Part shown: one piece after another, positions 60,861 through 64,000 of the stretch
How the letters are laid out: the number at the start of each line of letters is the position of its first letter
Position numbering within the stretch: the first letter of the stretch is position 1
Assembly (NCBI RefSeq): GCF_902459465.1
Contig: NC_047066.1
Span: forward strand, 21,762,001-21,826,000
Source of the DNA: Asterias rubens
Taxonomy: Eukaryota
Direction: 5' to 3'
DNA length: 64,000 nt
Position numbers and translations under genes: made by a program
Notes under the pieces: generated by a model
What the model was told of the DNA's origin: nothing
Seen by the model: only the letters and a program-made list of their open reading frames with translations
Databases searched by the model: none

Positions 60861-62164
60861 CGCCAACCATTTTTATTAACTAGACATAGCATTAAATACA
60901 ATAAACAAACAATCTCATTACATCAATGTTTCCAAAGATATTTACATTTTATTTATCAAAATCATCACATCCCATTGTGAATAAAAACTTGTGTTAGACA
61001 CATGTTTGTTATACAACATCACTTCCTTACAAAGATGTACAAATCTCGAGAAAAATATTACCATCTTTGTACATAAATACAGATTGTTTGTTCACAGAAA
61101 TTAGGTCGTTTTTTTTGAGGTTACAAAAAGTTTCGCCTACATGATTATGGTAGAAATATAATCGTGTCAAGTGTTATTAAAGTTCATCATCTGGAGAAAA
61201 AAATAGTTTTTAAAAAAGCCCCCAAAGTCTTTGCGAAACCCTCCAAGATAATTCTAGACTACTTTCATTTTATTCTTGTGTTCACTGAAAAGACTGCCCA
61301 AAAGATGACTTCATATTCAAGGTTTTCTAAAAAATATGCCACTGTTAATTATTGGGGATATTTCTATAGTACTGTAGTTTTGTTTTTTGTTTTTCCTGTG
61401 AAGCTTTTAGTTGATATAAAGGGAAGTTTGGCTTGGTATTTTAGTGTTAGGTAAACTCGTCTCCATCATAAACAAATATGCAATACACTAGTCGTTGAAT
61501 CACTTAAACCCAGTGAAAATTGTTGCTATAATACCCTTAATAGTTCGAAAACTAAAAAAGGTTAAAAAAAAGTTTGTATCACAACTGAATATTACCGTAA
61601 AAAATTCATTTCAGAATACAGTATTATTTGTTTTCACAGACCTTTTTGTGGTCATGTTACTTGTATGCAACTATGGCCATAGTACTGGCATTGAAAACAA
61701 GTACCAGACTATTTCCCTGCCAGCCTCACTATGAACTAAGAAGTTTGGGCAAACCAACTGTTTGCTTCGGGTGCATTCAACTTGCGCAAACATTGCCAAA
61801 CATTGTGAACATACTTCTGAGATGTTGGTGGGTGATTTTAAAACATTGCCAACAATTTCGCCTGGAACGCACAGTTGGTAAGCGTTAGCAACCATAGGTG
61901 AACATACTTCTGAGATGTTGGTGGGTGATTTTAAAATTGTGGACAACAACACTATAAGCAGACAATGTTGTTTTCTTGTCACAACGAATTTATAGTGTGT
62001 TTTTGGTGGTTGATAACGCAGTCGGGTGGAGTCGAAATAACAACTTAATTAGTTGCTCTCATGATGTACAAAAGAAGACCTTCAATACAGCAAAAAACCA
62101 ACGGTACAAACAAAAATGTATGCATTGTCACCATCTTTATAACAGAGTGCTGCTATTTTGACAT

Positions 62165-62712
62165 CAGGAATCGTTCCATTGATAAAAAACGTCTGCGCGA
62201 ACGATTGCAAACTGTTTGCGCAAGTGGAACACAACCCTGAAGCGAGTCTTTTAGTGAGAAACAAATGGTCCACCTGAGTTTGGGGAATCTATGAGTAAAC
62301 TTTGAGGCAACTAGCGTCAGATTATAAAGCTCTTCTCATTCAGGATTTTTAGCCATCCAATCGTTTCAATCGATCAAAAATCATTTGCGCGAACGGTTGC
62401 AATCTGTTTGCACAAGTGGACGTGAGTCTTCTGATGAGAAACAAACGGTTCAACTGAGTTTGGGGAATTTAGGAATAAAACTTTGAGGCAACTAGCGTCA
62501 GGTTATAAAGCTCTTCTTGTTCAGGATTTTCAGCCATCCAATCGTTTCATCGGTCAAAAACATTGGCGCGAACGGTTGCAATCTAATTGCAAAAGTGGAC
62601 GCACGTCTTTTAATGACAAACAAAGGGTCCACCTGAGTTTGGGGAATTTAGGAATAAAACTTTGAGGTAACTAGCGTCAGGTTATAAGGCTCTTCTCGTT
62701 CAGGATTTTCAG
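62165..62712 (-). repeat. About 180-bp tandem triplication of the last ~12 HIRA codons, the stop and the proximal 3' UTR
   Basis: CTAGCGTCAG(G/A)TTATA recurs at 62311, 62492 and 62671. Confidence 0.9.
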
Positions 62713-63572
62713 TTCTTCCTGGTACTCCGTGTACAATCTCTGCATCTTGAGATTGGAACCAATGATTGGGAGGACTTCGTCCAGGAGGTATCGTTTAGAG
62801 AGACCCTGAGGAGAGCAAAGGAGACGAGAGAACAACATTTAGAACGAAGTTTTATCGCAAAGCAAAGATTTTATTAGTTTGGTGGCATGTTGTTGCTGAG
62901 CAGTTTAGTGCCCCCGACTCAAGTTCTGGTGTTTTTGGTCAGCCCAGTGTGGACTTGAGTCCTTCATGTCCTAGGGCCAATTTCATTAAGCTGTTAAGCA
63001 GAAAATACTGCTTAACAAATTTCTTTGCTAAGCAAAACATAAGAGGGGGACCAGTCGCAACAAAGTAAACTTCATGGAATGTTGGCTGGTAACCTGTTTT
63101 TGCTGTGCAAGATTATCCTGTGCTTTGCAGGTTTTTGTGCTTACTGGCTTTATAAGCGAAACTGCTTAACAATATTCTGCTATGCAGAAATGAACTGGAT
63201 ACCAGTCGTAAATTGCTTATGTGACATGGTAGGTAGTACGGCTGGTAACTTAAATCTGGTAAGCATAATATTGTTGTGCTTAGCTACTTTTTGCCGATAA
63301 GCAGCTCTTGGGCGTGACCCTGGTGTCTTTCGGATTGGATGTAAAGCTGTACGTCCCGTGTGAACTTAAAAGAACCCAGTACACTTATTGCAATGAGGAA
63401 TTTGGCCGGAGGTCAATGCATGAGGTCAAATGTCAAGGATCAAAGGTTAAGGGTGAAAGGTTAAACAGGTATCTTACCAATTCCAATGGTTGCCACTGTG
63501 ATTCCTCAGCCCCCACTTTGTAGAACGGTCCCAACAACTCACTACAGATATCTCGTAATCTGCTCTCTTGCT
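62677..63572 (-). CDS. HIRA: Histone chaperone HIRA, last two coding exons (the gene continues beyond the window)
   Basis: Exon 63572-63478 reads (E)QESRLRDICSELLGPFYKVGAEESQWQPLEL and has a GTAAGA donor. Exon 62805-62677 reads GLSKRYLLDEVLPIIGSNLKMQRLYTEYQEELKILNEKSLIT*. This matches the recalled vertebrate HIRA C-terminus RLREICKDLLGP..W...GLRKRELLKELLPVIGQNLRFQRLFTECQEQL, and the splice phases are consistent. Confidence 0.9.
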
Positions 63573-63789
63573 CTGTAGCGAAAGAAATGGCCAGAAAGAA
63601 AAATAAACCATGTGTTTTGACTAAAATGTCACTTACTCACCAGGAATTCCACGACTTAAACTCACAAGGTTGTGGGTTTGAATCCTAGCAAGCTAACCAT
63701 TGATTTCACAATGACTAGAATAAGTGTTGTCGTCTCGTTACAGAATCACCATTTCTTTATTTGTGCTGTGCATAATCATAGACTTTAAA

Positions 63790-63965
63790 TCAAGTTGGTA
63801 TGGTGGTGTCTTGCCTCGTCTTCCACCTCTGGGACCTCGGTTCCAATTTCACCGGGGGCACTATATGGATTGGCTTTTCAGTCCACTCCTCACAGTGGAA
63901 TTTCCCTGGAATAATTCTCTGGGGTTTTCCTGCCACATCTCAAACTTAAGCTGCTTCAATGTCTT
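63790..63965 (+). mobile_element. tRNA-derived SINE-like element; other tRNA-like heads at about 9840-9900 and 12087-12200
   Basis: Degenerate A and B boxes; a clear B box GGTTCGAGTCC at about 9879 and A box TGGCCGAGCGGTCTAG at about 12090. Confidence 0.45.
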
Positions 63966-64000
63966 CTTTCCCAGTATAGTGATTAACACCCGTTTCACAC

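Noticed and set aside
63631-63650. Upstream HIRA exon ending at the - strand GTGAGT donor
   Set aside because: The translation (VVEFL) does not resemble the expected preceding HIRA segment, and read that way it leaves in phase 0 whereas the next exon needs phase 1.

Overview
AT-rich, repeat-dense eukaryotic genomic DNA (invertebrate, probably an echinoderm-like deuterostome; this is an inference from the gene and repeat content). Two chromatin-regulator genes point toward each other. TADA2A is on the + strand with 16 coding exons at 5069-22422, reconstructed by hand with consistent splice phases to 438 aa. HIRA contributes its last two coding exons on the - strand at 62677-63572. An intronless, secreted PAN/apple + fibrinogen-domain gene is nested antisense in TADA2A intron 9. 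TADA2A introns also carry a 4-copy C/D-box snoRNA-like cassette and an array of in-frame 30-nt pseudo-microexons. Between the two genes lie a spliced lncRNA-like unit, a G-poor/telomere-like/tRNA-like composite, a 4.9-kb Tc1/mariner element, a 3.1-kb 33-bp minisatellite that stays open in three reading frames, and a duplicated block containing about 16 copies of a 37-nt AG/GT-flanked exon whose variation is mostly synonymous. MITEs, SINEs and LINE fragments are scattered throughout. All calls come from reading the sequence alone; no database searches were run.
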